In this document: positions 12,298 to 25,470 of the stretch, one piece after another
Layout of the letters: each line of letters opens with the position of its first letter
Numbering within the stretch: position 1 is the stretch's first letter
Assembly (NCBI RefSeq): GCF_001194135.2
Contig: NC_068993.1
Location: 14,239,005-14,282,753 of the forward strand
Origin: Octopus bimaculoides
Taxonomy: Eukaryota
Direction: 5' to 3'
DNA length: 43,749 bases
Notes under the pieces: generated by a model
Seen by the model: the letters and a program-made list of their open reading frames with translations, nothing else
Databases searched by the model: none
Told to the model about the DNA's origin: nothing
Program-made: the position numbers and the translations under genes

Positions 12298-13199
12298 NNN
12301 NNNNNNNNNNNNNNNNNNNNNNNNNNNNNNNNNNNNNNNNNNNNNNNNNNNNNNNNNNNNNNNNNNNNNNNNNNNNNNNNNNNNNNNNNNNNNNNNNNNN
12401 NNNNNNNNNNNNNNNNNNNNNNNNNNNNNNNNNNNNNNNNNNNNNNNNNNNNNNNNNNNNNNNNNNNNNNNNNNNNNNNNNNNNNNNNNNNNNNNNNNNN
12501 NNNNNNNNNNNNNNNNNNNNNNNNNNNNNNNNNNNNNNNNNNNNNNNNNNNNNNNNNNNNNNNNNNNNNNNNNNNNNNNNNNNNNNNNNNNNNNNNNNNN
12601 NNNNNNNNNNNNNNNNNNNNNNNNNNNNNNNNNNNNNNNNNNNNNNNNNNNNNNNNNNNNNNNNNNNNNNNNNNNNNNNNNNNNNNNNNNNNNNNNNNNN
12701 NNNNNNNNNNNNNNNNNNNNNNNNNNNNNNNNNNNNNNNNNNNNNNNNNNNNNNNNNNNNNNNNNNNNNNNNNNNNNNNNNNNNNNNNNNNNNNNNNNNN
12801 NNNNNNNNNNNNNNNNNNNNNNNNNNNNNNNNNNNNNNNNNNNNNNNNNNNNNNNNNNNNNNNNNNNNNNNNNNNNNNNNNNNNNNNNNNNNNNNNNNNN
12901 NNNNNNNNNNNNNNNNNNNNNNNNNNNNNNNNNNNNNNNNNNNNNNNNNNNNNNNNNNNNNNNNNNNNNNNNNNNNNNNNNNNNNNNNNNNNNNNNNNNN
13001 NNNNNNNNNNNNNNNNNNNNNNNNNNNNNNNNNNNNNNNNNNNNNNNNNNNNNNNNNNNNNNNNNNNNNNNNNNNNNNNNNNNNNNNNNNNNNNNNNNNN
13101 NNNNNNNNNNNNNNNNNNNNNNNNNNNNNNNNNNNNNNNNNNNNNNNNNNNNNNNNNNNNNNNNNNNNNNNNNNNNNNNNNNTTTAGGGCCTTGCACTC

Positions 13200-13310
13200 A
13201 CCATAGCTTTATTTTCTTGAACCGTCAATTTACAGGTACGTCAACAAACCGACACCGGTTATGAAGTGGTTTAAGGGACAAGTACAGACACAAAGACATA
13301 CACACACCTA
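13200..13310. mobile_element. Fragment of a dispersed SINE-like repeat (family D)
   Basis: CGTCAACAAACCGACACCGGTT...GGGACAAGTACAGACACAAAGACA is alignable to 33815-33890. Confidence 0.6.
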
Positions 13311-13334
13311 TCTCTCTCTGTATCTCTCTCGATT

Positions 13335-14080
13335 TTTAAAAGTTTCCAGATCTTTCCTCTACAATGTTTGTAAGACTGAAGATTGAAATGTATCACCGGT
13401 ATCAGACCATAAAAAGCATTCTAATCGCTCTGAAATCATCAGAACACCTGAATTTATCCAGCAAGTTCAACTGACCATTGATTACAATTGCAAAAGTTCT
13501 CCATGTGTCAGAAGGAACAGTCAGTAATGTCTACGAAGACATCAGATATAAGTCTTATATGGTGAGGAAAGGTCAATTTGTCAGAAATTCGAAACAAGAT
13601 CTCTACATCAGTTCTAAAATGCTCTTAAACAAATGGAAAAATCCAGCAGAAGATTTAAATAGTTCTTTTTTCTCAAACGACCAAGATCAAAGACTTAACA
13701 GAAGAAATGACAGATGGTTATGTGCAGATCCTTCTGAAGTCCCCTGTTTTATTAATACAACATTTCCTGCAATCGTCATGGTTTTAGGGGTTGTCAGCAA
13801 TGAATGACATGTGATGCCTCCTTACTCCTTTCCACAAGTCTTTAGAGTTAACTCTGCCGCCTAGATTGTGGTCCTGGAAATAATCGTTAAGCCCCTGATA
13901 GACAGTTTATGCAATGGAATGCCATATGTGTTTCAGTAAGACTCTGCACTATCACACATTGTTTTAGTAACCCAGGAATGGATGGCTGAACGTTTTCATG
14001 ATATACTTTCAAAACAGCCATAGTCAGGGTAATGTCCCAAATGAATTAAGACCACTTGATTATAGCATGTAGATAATTCA
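13335..14080 (+). mobile_element. Decayed Tc1/mariner-superfamily transposase (DD37D/maT-like) remnant
   Basis: Translates to KKHSNRSEIIRTPEFIQQVQ, IAKVLHVSEGTV (HTH-like), RRNDRWLCADPSEVP...FPAIVMVLGVVSNE*HVMPP, KP...PYVFQ*DSA...TQEWM and RPLDY. These are recognisable DDD-domain motifs interrupted by stops and deletions. Confidence 0.88.
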
Positions 14081-14918
14081 GATCTCGTATAGAAGCGCAC
14101 ACACACGAACATAGGCTCGAACATATATATATGTATGCGGGTGGGTGGGTGTTTGTGCACGCGCGTGTATGTATCATTCTATGACATTGCAGTTTGTCAA
14201 AAAACATCGATAATCAATTGATCGAAATGAAATTGCGCGAATAAACAACTATTGAGTTTAGAATAAAAGATGCGAAATAATGAACGGAGCATAAAGATTT
14301 TAGGTGTCAATAAATCATTGTATCAAAATATTCGAAATATACTTCTTTGTCTTTTATATATTTAACGTCTAAAGACTGGAATAGGTTATGGTAATCTGCC
14401 TGTTTGACGTTATTACTTATCGTAAGCGTTGGTATCTCGTAAGAAGATGCGCGGTCCTCTTCCAAGAATTATTATATTTGATTATATTCAATCATATAAT
14501 AATATAAATAATATATGTACATATATATANNNNNNNNNNNNNNNNNNNNNNNNNNNNNNNNNNNNNNNNNNNNNNNNNNNNNNNNNNNNNNNNNNNNNNN
14601 NNNNNNNNNNNNNNNNNNNNNNNNNNNNNNNNNNNNNNNNNNNNNNNNNNNNNNNNNNNNNNNNNNNNNNNNNNNNNNNNNNNNNNNNNNNNNNNNNNNN
14701 NNNNNNNNNNNNNNNNNNNNNNNNNNNNNNNNNNNNNNNNNNNNNNNNNNNNNNNNNNNNNNNNNNNNNNNNNNNNNNNNNNNNNNNNNNNNNNNNNNNN
14801 NNNNNNNNNNNNNNNNNNNNNNNNNNNNNNNNNNNNNNNNNNNNNNNNNNNNNNNNNNNNNNNNNNNNNNNNNNNNNNNNNNNNNNNNNNNNNNNNNNNN
14901 NNNNNNNNNNNNNNNNNN

Positions 14919-14958
<40 letters not shown>

Positions 14959-14996
14959 ACACACATACACACACATACCCACACACACACACAGAT

Positions 14997-15027
<31 letters not shown>

Positions 15028-16675
15028 GATATATATATATATACATACACACACAAAATAATATGTGGGTGCCTTTGTGTGTGTTTATTTCTTGTGTGTT
15101 TTTGCAGTCTATCTTATCAAAAGAGATTTTTGTACTGTTGTCTACTCAACAGCCAATATCTAAGTTTTAGACTGAAATATTTATGAGAAATGTAAAGGCA
15201 CGATGACATCCCGATGCACTTATAGGTCGTATACTCCCGCGTGTCCATACACTTGCATTACAGACAGGGAGACACACATACATAGATATATATATATATA
15301 CATATACAAATATCGAACTTATATACACACGATCATTACTATCTTTTGTTCACTTATTCAGTAGAATACGTTTCCATTAAAAATAAAGAAGTAGAGAAAT
15401 AAATAATTAAGTAAATAGATAACAAAAAAAATATGTAAATAAATTAATAAATAAATAAAAGCCGAGTCAATTTACAACGGCTGTGGAACGATTGCTCTGG
15501 CGTGATGACTGCTGTAATTTTGAGTGGACGTCCATCAAAATGCCACTCCCAAATGTCAACAGGTTGAAATGATGAAGATACGACTCCCTACGACTGTTCA
15601 TTCTACCCATCTATAAAAGAACCTAAAAGATATTTAAATATCTGTAATTAGAAGTCGTTCTCCAGAGGCACGAGCATTTCATTGTGTATTCAAAACGCTA
15701 AAGGGCACGGAAGGCAGAATGTTCTTGGATTTCACTAATTCACCTCCAAGATAACCTGAAGCCAAATACACCAGCGTATTTTACGGACAGGAGTTGTTTT
15801 ATATACATATGTATATTTTTCAGTTTTTTTTTTTCTTTTTACGTATGTATTTTGATCTGGTGGTAGCTGTGTAATGTTAAGTTAACCCTCTTTCGTGGGC
15901 TCACATATTTGTCTGTGATTTAAATGGAAGAAGGACATCTCTTTGATTGAATAGGATGCTGATATTTCAATGTATAATTCTAAGGAGAGCTTGCATAGAT
16001 TTCTCAACGAGCAAAACTGGAAATAAATAAATAGATAGATATATAAATAAATAAACAGTAAAAAAACAGAACGTGGTTACCTTGCGGCAAAAATGCAGCG
16101 CTGCGTGCATTGCCAAATACCAACACATGACTCATGTAACATGTATTCGTGATAGGAATTGGTTTGTCAGTACTATATATTTCTTTGAAACATACAAAAA
16201 ATACATTGTTCTTATGACATTATCATCATTTTTATGAAATTATGTATTCTATATTGTTGGTAATAGAATTATCATGACTACTAGTGTATGTATGTATATA
16301 TATATATATATATANNNNNNNNNNNNNNNNNNNNNNNNNNNNNNNNNNNNNNNNNNNNNNNNNNNNNNNNNNNNNNNNNNNNNNNNNNNNNNNNNNNNNN
16401 NNNNNNNNNNNNNNNNNNNNNNNNNNNNNNNNNNNNNNNNNNNNNNNNNNNNNNNNNNNNNNNNNNNNNNNNNNNNNNNNNNNNNNNNNNNNNNNNNNNN
16501 NNNNNNNNNNNNNNNNNNNNNNNNNNNNNNNNNNNNNNNNNNNNNNNNNNNNNNNNNNNNNNNNNNNNNNNNNNNNNNNNNNNNNNNNNNNNNNNNNNNN
16601 NNNNNNNNNNNNNNNNNNNNNNNNNNNNNNATATACATATACATATATATGTATATATATGTATATATAAGTGTG

Positions 16676-16715
<40 letters not shown>

Positions 16716-17017
16716 TAAATGAGTATATGCATATATACGTACAGGTATGTGCATACCGACATCCACCTGTATGTATAGGTGCATATATGTATATATGGGT
16801 TGAAATAGATAGATAGATAGTAGGCAGGCACTATATACTAAAAACTAGGCCGTCGATCTCTACTAGGTCGTTTAAAACATATATATCTAACATATTTGAA
16901 TATGAAAATCAAAATATTGAAACTACCTAGACAGCAATTCAGTATTTTTGCCGATATTAGTTTCTACAAATAGTATTGCTTTATTTTGATAATACACAAG
17001 GAACCTGAACAAATATA

Positions 17018-17095
17018 CAGGAATCTCTCGGCTAGCGCGGTTGGTACGTCCCAAAAAACCCGCGGTAGGTGAAAATCTGCGAAGTAGAAACAGTA
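17018..17095 (+). mobile_element. pogo/Tigger-like DNA transposon left-end fragment
   Basis: TA|CAGGAATCTCTCGGCTAGCGCGGTTGGTACGTCCC...CCGCG...GCGAAGTAG resembles pogo-type termini. A second TA|CAGTAAAAAACCCTCGGTTAC end starts at 17234. No matching right ends were found. Confidence 0.4.
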
Positions 17096-17654
17096 CGGTA
17101 CTGTATTTTTTTTAGAATCGACGTAAGCTTAAATAAATCGCGAATATATACACATATACATACATATACACACCCGCTTTACGTTTTCCCTCTACGAATT
17201 ATAGTTACATGTTAATGGTCGGCCGGGGATATACAGTAAAAAACCCTCGGTTACCAAGCCGCCAAACGCTCTGTTTAATCACACATACACAACTGTTACT
17301 ATAAAAAAAATACCCAGCTCCATGCGATATACGAAGAAGTACTTACCACTATATAATTTGGGAACAGCATATCGGATAATATTTCGTATATTCTATGTAG
17401 GAATTATTCGTATTTTAGAAGGAACTGTGATTGCTGTACCATGAGAAAACAATTTAATATATACTGATAATGCATACAATATGTCCATCTAATGCAAGAA
17501 GGCATAGAAATAAATTATATATTCCATGTATTCTGTATTCAGACATGAGATGTACGGGGTTGTCAGCCAGATGTAAATTCCTATGTCCATGTGACCCAAC
17601 AAAACTGCATGTGATAAATATCTCTCTGTCTATCGGTGTGCCTCTCTCTATCTC

Positions 17655-17692
<38 letters not shown>

Positions 17693-19944
17693 NNNNNNNN
17701 NNNNNNNNNNNNNNNNNNNNNNNNNNNNNNNNNNNNNNNNNNNNNNNNNNNNNNNNNNNNNNNNNNNNNNNNNNNNNNNNNNNNNNNNNNNNNNNNNNNN
17801 NNNNNNNNNNNNNNNNNNNNNNNNNNNNNNNNNNNNNNNNNNNNNNNNNNNNNNNNNNNNNNNNNNNNNNNNNNNNNNNNNNNNNNNNNNNNNNNNNNNN
17901 NNNNNNNNNNNNNNNNNNNNNNNNNNNNNNNNNNNNNNNNNNNNNNNNNNNNNNNNNNNNNNNNNNNNNNNNNNNNNNNNNNNNNNNNNNNNNNNNNNNN
18001 NNNNNNNNNNNNNNNNNNNNNNNNNNNNNNNNNNNNNNNNNNNNNNNNNNNNNNNNNNNNNNNNNNNNNNNNNNNNNNNNNNNNNNNNNNNNNNNNNNNN
18101 NNNNNNNNNNNNNNNNNNNNNNNNNNNNNNNNNNNNNNNNNNNNNNNNNNNNNNNNNNNNNNNNNNNNNNNNNNNNNNNNNNNNNNNNNNNNNNNNNNNN
18201 NNNNNNNNNNNNNNNNNNNNNNNNNNNNNNNNNNNNNNNNNNNNNNNNNNNNNNNNNNNNNNNNNNNNNNNNNNNNNNNNNNNNNNNNNNNNNNNNNNNN
18301 NNNNNNNNNNNNNNNNNNNNNNNNNNNNNNNNNNNNNNNNNNNNNNNNNNNNNNNNNNNNNNNNNNNNNNNNNNNNNNNNNNNNNNNNNNNNNNNNNNAT
18401 ATATATATATATATATTTATATGTGTATACATACATACATACATACAAACATACATATGATAGAGTAAGACATCATATACGTTATTATTGCAAACATCAA
18501 TAACTAATGTTGCTGCAACAAAAATAGAAACAAAAGTATGAATGCACAAAATTAAAACCAGAAAGCCAATATGCTCTTGCATTTAAACAAAAAAACAAAC
18601 AAACAAACAAACAAACAAACAAACAAGAATATAATGAACAACAGCAAATAATGATTATAAATAATACGCAAAAATGTCAATACGATCTTGGATACAAAAT
18701 TAAATATAACTACATATGTTTCTTCACTATACGATTATTGCTGATAAAATAAATATTAACTATTCAAAATGTAATAATTTTACTGGAAATGAACAAGCCA
18801 AATATAAATATGTAACGTGTGCATGAGATTCTCAAATACTTATTGAATATGCCTTCTTTCAAGAGAAACTTAATTAGTATTTGCTACATCGATATCAATA
18901 TCTAATATATTGTTTTTCAAATTTTCAATAATCGATTAAATTTCATATTGAATTACATATTACACCTTCTGGTGGAAATAATCTAAATGAGAAAAACAAC
19001 AACCGAGCTTGCTATGTGTTAGGAAATACGAGTATTCTATTACATTGTGCGCATAACGTTTACGTGTGCATCTGTGCGATTGTATAGGTATGATATTACT
19101 GAGACACACAAACATATATGTATATGTGTATATGAATATACATATATATGTGTGAGGGTATGCATATATGTATATATGCATACACATACGCGCACACATA
19201 CACGTATGTGCGAGTTTGTATGAATGTATGTATGAAGTAGAATGACATGCTTCCATAATCACACTAATTTATGTGTGATTACGCACCTACATAGGTACAC
19301 ACACACACGTGCACACACACATAAATATATGTACATATACACATACATACATGCATATAGACATACATACAAATATATACACACATAAATACATGAATAT
19401 GTACGTTTATATATGATGTAAACACGCACAAGTATATGTGCATATGTATGTATGCATATATCTATATATCGTCAATTCAAATAAACAATTAAAAATCAAA
19501 CAAAGAATTTTAAGAAAAACGAATGTGAAGGCCTGCACAATAAATATATCAATTTGATACTCGGTGAAGGGAGAGTTGTTGCTAACGTTTGGAGTCTAGC
19601 TATTCGTCGCAAACCTAGAAGTCCAAAGAGAAACATGAATAAACAAGGACAAGTCTCGTTTCAGCAGTACGGTTGCGGACATATCACTCGTTACTAAATT
19701 ATTTTTCTCAATAAAATCGAAAATAGTCGAGCTTAAAACATGCATCATGCGATGCATGTACAGTGAAAAATGAAAAGAGAAACAAGAACACGGCAATACC
19801 AGCAAGTTACATGGTGATGTTTATACAAAATGTATTAAGATGCTTGTCCAGACTCAGGCGCATTAGTACGAAGCATGTTTTCACAGAAGTTGATGGACAA
19901 ACCATGCCTTCAATAGCAGAGCTGAGCACTCCAGAGATCATGTG

Positions 19945-20005
<61 letters not shown>

Positions 20006-20045
20006 GTATACACGCGTGCGCTTTCACACACACACACACACATAT
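19945..20045. repeat. (TA)n then (CA)n microsatellite
   Basis: Directly visible. Confidence 0.95.
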
Positions 20046-20679
20046 ATATATATACATATACAAGCGTCGCATTCACACTCAGTGACAGAAACACACACAT
20101 ACAGACACATTACACACACACACACAGATACCTAACAAAGTCGATACATTGACTATAATAAATATAAGCTACTCATCATTTCATATCTGTAAGCGTGTCA
20201 ATTGTTTTACGATATTAAACGGCTGATACGATTAAAATTGTTGACTATGAAGTTTGATTGGGAATTGCCATACACAGCAGCACTACGGCTTTGAAAGTAC
20301 GGCAGTTCTTGTCACCAGAGTTATATGAATCATGTCCTTAGCTTAAGATACAAAGAAATATTATGAATTTTTTCTTCAAAATATTAATTATGGAAATTGA
20401 AGGAATCTTTTGTATAATTAGTACCATATATTTTATAATGGCTGTGCATTTTGCTCCAGGGTCCAGGTGTTTTGGAAGAAAGAAATTACGTATTTTGCTT
20501 CATTTAGGACAAGTTTAGAGGTATGAATCAACCGGTAATCCTTTTTGCAATGCAGCGTAATTTTGGTTTACTTTTTTCTTTATTTGACACGTCGTTTATT
20601 TGTCTTTTTTTTTCCCCATTATTTCCGTAAATATATTTACGGCTGAGAATGCAAACTCATTTTCTATATAACATTTTAG

Positions 20680-20703
20680 AATTTTTCTTGGAAGTTTATA
20701 CTG
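20680..20703 (+). CDS. Candidate phase-1/phase-1 micro-exon (xFFLEVYT) upstream of the 24832 exon
   Basis: TTTTAG acceptor and G|GTAAGG donor. It splices in frame to 24832 to give FFLEVYT-VRVRG. The frame is open back to 20631 (..LYNILEFFLEVYT), so the true acceptor may lie further upstream (e.g. GAG at 20647). Confidence 0.35.
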
Positions 20704-21934
20704 GTAAGGAATAGAACTAACAGAATGGTTCGAAACGCAACGTAAATGAAATAGTAATCTGCACTTTGCTGTAACTTCCCGAATTTAACTTCTACCTAAG
20801 CAGATGTTCTTTATCGCATTCATAAGATTGATACAATAAATACGCGTATGGTACATATTACATCAATTTAATGGATTTGATTCATCTTCTATAACTATTT
20901 TCAATGTTTATATTCGATATTTTATGTAAATATAGAAATTTCCCAGCTTATTTTAGACATAAATATTTGTATCGTGTGCAGACAAGTGTGAATAACATTG
21001 ACAATGTGCTTATTCACAGGTGCATGTTAGCACTGGTTTTGTGGGTCGATACTAAATGGAAAAGGATAACGTTGAAATGTAACATTATCTGTAGCAGTTC
21101 TTGTTCAGATGCATTCTGATCTAGATCTGACTGTGAATATATTTAAAACGTCAGTTTAAGAATATATAACACGCTTAACAAATTATTAAAATTTACGATT
21201 GAATATTTTGGGTGCAAGAATTTATATAGCAAGTTTTTGAATTACTGACGACATATGGTAGTTTTTCCGTTCGACTGTTCCTATTTGCTGTAGTTTCAGG
21301 ATGTTATCGTGTTATCTGTAGTGTAATTTGAAAGAAATATACAATGTATTTAACGCTAATATTAATTTTGAATTTCCCAAACATATTGGTTGGAGATATT
21401 CTAACTCTCCTCTCTTCGTACACATACGAACAGTGAGATCCGGATGATTTATCTACATTGATTACTAAGATTATATGAAAATGTTTGAATACGTATTCGC
21501 TTTCGTACATACATAATAGATATATACATTATGGGTAGGATATAGAGCCTTCTTAAAGTTGTTACGTGGAGTGAAATATGACAAGCGTTGTAGAATAAAT
21601 TAGACAACTTTTATGCAACTGCAACTATAATTTTAATTTTGATCCCTCTTTTAAATTAATTAGTCCTAATTGTACCTGACAATATACAATTCGACATCTC
21701 AAGTGTGATACACACAGGATATCGGACTTCAGTCAAAAATCGTTTCCATGGGAATAATTCAGGTTGAATTAGTGCCTAAACTCCAGCCTCAAGAGAGGCA
21801 AAGTAATATCTCTCAATACTTTTGTTCCATTATCTATCTATTTATCTATCTATCTATCTGTCTGTATGTATGTTTGTCTGTCTGTACACAAACACACACA
21901 CAAACATNNNNNNNNNNATATATATATATATATA

Positions 21935-22179
21935 CAGGGTAAGTCAAAAATATCGCCCAATTCCTGTTCGAGATTTTATATATACATGTCTTCTCTTTTC
22001 GTAGATACTTTTGACTCCTAATTCTTGCTTTATGTGTTGGGATATAAAAGAGTATAAACATCGTGCTACACGATCCAGATTTAGTATATTTGAAAACTGT
22101 CAGTAATACCTTGACAAGAAAACAAAACAAATAAAGGTATAACTTCAAAGAAACCTGAGCGCTACTTTTTACACACCTG
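21935..22179. mobile_element. Tc1/mariner-type MITE
   Basis: TA|CAGGGTAAGTCAAAAA ... TTTTTACACACCTG|TA gives imperfect TIRs flanked by TA. Confidence 0.5.
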
Positions 22180-22994
22180 TATATATATATAAAGACTATG
22201 CTTATTGATAAATGCACATGTAAGTTTATTCTGTACACATAAATTGATAAAGAGCGGGAGAAAGAGAATGAGGGTGAAGCATTATATTTTGTAGCTATTT
22301 AGTTGCTGACGGTATTTAAATGGATACTATCATTTATCAAATCATCGACAAGCGACAACACTATATTGCACATAACATTCACGTTACTTTAATGTATTAA
22401 CGCAAGCAGGAAATATGAAGGTATTTAATTTACATAAACGAAAGAAAGTAGTTCATCTGTGAAACTTGATTATTCACAGTACCATTTATCAATCAACAAT
22501 ATAATGGGGGTGTTTTTTATACACCGAGATAGTCTCAGTACCGTCTGAAAATCTGTTGGATAAAATTGTAGGAAAAACGCCATTTGAATTATTGAGGCAG
22601 ACCCAGTGCCATAAAAGAAAAAAAAAACATACGCCGTGTGTGGTTCGAAAGAATGAAGCAATTGATAAATGAATAATAGAAAATGTGCGAATATATATAT
22701 AGATGTATCGTTCCGAGATTTGTACTGGTCATTGTGGGTTTTGGTTGAGTTGCTCGTTTGTGGTCTAAGCAGAATATCTTCCTCATCACCGACCGGTGCT
22801 TTCATATCACTTCACAGTTCACAATGAACATATCGTGTTATCCAACTTCAATGAGGAATGAATCAGTGATAAAGGAGGATAGATATATCATGTGATACAA
22901 ATGTATTTCACATTATCACGGATCCTTTGAATTTTATAGGTTTGCTTCTTTTAAGTCTTTCGTATTTTTCTTGTTAATTGTGATATCGGTTTCC

Positions 22995-23163
22995 AATTTT
23001 GGTACTAAACCAGTATTTTGGGGAAAGGAGCTCTGCTGGTATTTATTTTAACGATGAAAGGCAAAGTGGACCTCGTCGGAATTTGAACACAAAACATGCA
23101 GTCTGTCGAAATGCTGCTAAGCATTTTACAAGGCGTGCTAACAATTCTGCCAGCTTACTGCCT
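22995..23163 (-). mobile_element. tRNA-derived SINE family A (degenerate)
   Basis: Reverse complement of the 23193-23376 copy (GAAAGGCAAAGTGGACCTCG..GGAATTTGAAC...TTCTGCCAGCT). Confidence 0.85.
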
Positions 23164-23192
23164 TTTTACCGCTTGTAATATTGACTGTGTAA

Positions 23193-23376
23193 GGTAGCGA
23201 CGTGGCAGAAACGTTAGCGCGCCAGGTGAAATGCTTATCGGTATTTCGTCTATCCTTACGCTCTGAGTTCAAATTCCGCCGAGGTCGACTTTGCCTTTCA
23301 TCCTTTCGTGGTGGATAAATTAAGTACCAGTTGCATACTGGGGTCGATTTAATCGACTGGCCCCCATTCCAAAAAT
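23193..23376 (+). mobile_element. tRNA-derived SINE family A
   Basis: Head GGTAGCGACGTGGCAGAA, B-box-like GAGTTCAAATTCC (23265-23277), and body GTCGACTTTGCCTTTCATCCTTTCG...GGGGTCGATTTAATCGAC. About 9 related copies occur in the window. Confidence 0.92.
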
Positions 23377-23399
23377 CAAGTAAGCTGAATACCAATACG

Positions 23400-23542
23400 C
23401 AAGTGGTACTTAATTTATCGACCACGAAAGGGTAAAAGGCAAAGTCGACTTCCGGGGAATTTGAACTCAGAACATAAAGACAGGCGAAATACCACTAAGA
23501 ATTTCACCCGGTGTGCTAAAGATTCTGCCATCTCACCGCCTT
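23400..23542 (-). mobile_element. tRNA-derived SINE family A
   Basis: Reverse complement of 23193-23340, tail-to-tail with it. Confidence 0.9.
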
Positions 23543-23880
23543 ATTTCTTAGATGATATTGTCGTAAAAACGTGAATATAGTCCGTTCTGGCTTTGGTTCT
23601 CATAAGTAATACTGGGTTATCAGCATGGATAGAGGGGTGGTATATATGGCCATCTTCTGTTTGTCTCATATCATGTTACTCTATCTCTAAATCCCCGACG
23701 AGTGAGGTTCGTTACAAGCCTAGGAACCGTGGGGTTGCAGGGAACTGTATAAACCTGCTAGTAAATTATATATGTGTGTGTGTTTGTGCATGTGTATGTG
23801 TGGGTGTATGTATATACATGTGTTTGTAGTTCCTTCTGTGTATGCCTGTGTATAAGTATCTGCACACACATACACCTTCC

Positions 23881-23944
<64 letters not shown>

Positions 23945-24831
23945 NNNNNNNNNNNNNNNNNNNNNNNNNNNNNNNNNNNNNNNNNNNNNNNNNNNTATAT
24001 ATATATATATATATATATTGCATAAATACGTATGTATAAATAGATATAATGCACCTGTGCTTCAGTTATTTTTTATAATGAATACATATACAGGTAGATG
24101 CAAAATGATATCGTACATTTTTCACTTTGATTATCTGTGTTGTTGATTTATAAGAAAATCTGTGTGTATACACGTAGAAAATGGATGATAAATACTGTTT
24201 CAAAAAACAATAAGGAAATAAAAAAAAAACTACGAGAATACTGAAAATACAGTGAAGCATAATTTCACTGTTTGGTAAGGAGCTTTTTAAATCTACTTTA
24301 TATCACTGTAAACTGACAATATTAATTCGTTATTAATATGAGATTTGAGAAAATAAATATTTATACAATAAATAGTTTTTAAAAAAAATAAGTATATGAA
24401 AATATATACTGAAGATAAGAAAACAACAATAAGAAGAACATAGAAAACATAATAAAATAATATAGTCATTATCTTTTAGAAAGCGAGTAATTACAAACCT
24501 TGAAGTAAGAGAAAATGATAAAAAAGTAAACAATTAAAGTAGTAGTAAAATTGAAATAATATAAAACCACATTGAAATAAGAATATTTAATAAAATCATA
24601 AAAATTAAAGAAAAGTATACATAAAAAAGTAAAAATAAATAGTGAAATGAAGGATATTAATGACAAAATCATTTCCTCGGCAACAGTAATTGCGTTGTCA
24701 TAAACAGATAAAATTTCAAACTCCCCTATCAGCTAATTTGCATATTTTAGCCCTGTCATATCTGAGTAGAAGATTAAAATACGTATTAGACATGATTGTA
24801 AATGATGGGGGTTTATTCTCTTTACTTTCAG

Positions 24832-24957
24832 TGAGAGTGAGGGGGCGAAAACAGAAGGAAATTGATGCCGCCGCAAATATCATCATTTCTATGACAGTTA
24901 AAAATGTTTTGATGATAGGAATAGATGAATATTCAAAGGACTTTGACCTCACATGCT
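24832..24957 (+). CDS. Internal coding exon (126 bp, phase 1/1); tentatively the N-terminal extracellular region of a divergent Cys-loop ligand-gated ion channel subunit
   Basis: Strong acceptor TTCTCTTTACTTTCAG| and donor |GTGAGT. Length is divisible by 3 and only one frame is open: xRVRGRKQKEIDAAANIIISMTVKNVLMIGIDEYSKDFDLTC. By eye RVRG matches RxRP, and IDEYSKDFDLT matches VSEVNMDYTLT of GABA-A beta. Exon status is better supported than the product call (about 0.4). Confidence 0.62.
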
Positions 24958-25299
24958 GTGAGTATGTTTACTGTAGTAAACGAAGCAAGAGGAAGATGTA
25001 AGAAGATGTAAGAACAAAAAACAAAAACAAAAAAAACAAAAAACAATTCCAAGTGAAATAACAAAATGAAAGAAAGACATGAAGAATTTCAATACTGTGT
25101 AAAACATCGCTTGATGAAGACAAGAGCGAAACGTGAACAAAATTTTGAAATAATTATATAAGGGTGCCTCAAAATACTTGTTACCCGATTCAAATAATTC
25201 CTATGATTTCAATATATAAAATGAATGAAATTATGTATGTATGAATATATATATACCTAATTATACATGTGTGCATGCACATACGCATGCATGTAAATG

Positions 25300-25317
25300 C
25301 AATTGGCTGTATGTATG

Positions 25318-25351
<34 letters not shown>

Positions 25352-25431
25352 TGTATGCATGTATGTATGCATGTATGTATGTATATATGTATGTGTGTAT
25401 ACACACACACACATCTATATATTCATATGTG

Positions 25432-25470
<39 letters not shown>
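25300..25470. repeat. (ATGT)n and (AT)n microsatellites
   Basis: Directly visible. Confidence 0.95.

Noticed and set aside
20468-20521. Open segment VFWKKEITYFASFRTSLE with CAG/GTATGA ends
   Set aside because: Phase 0 end is incompatible with the phase 1 or 2 acceptors downstream.
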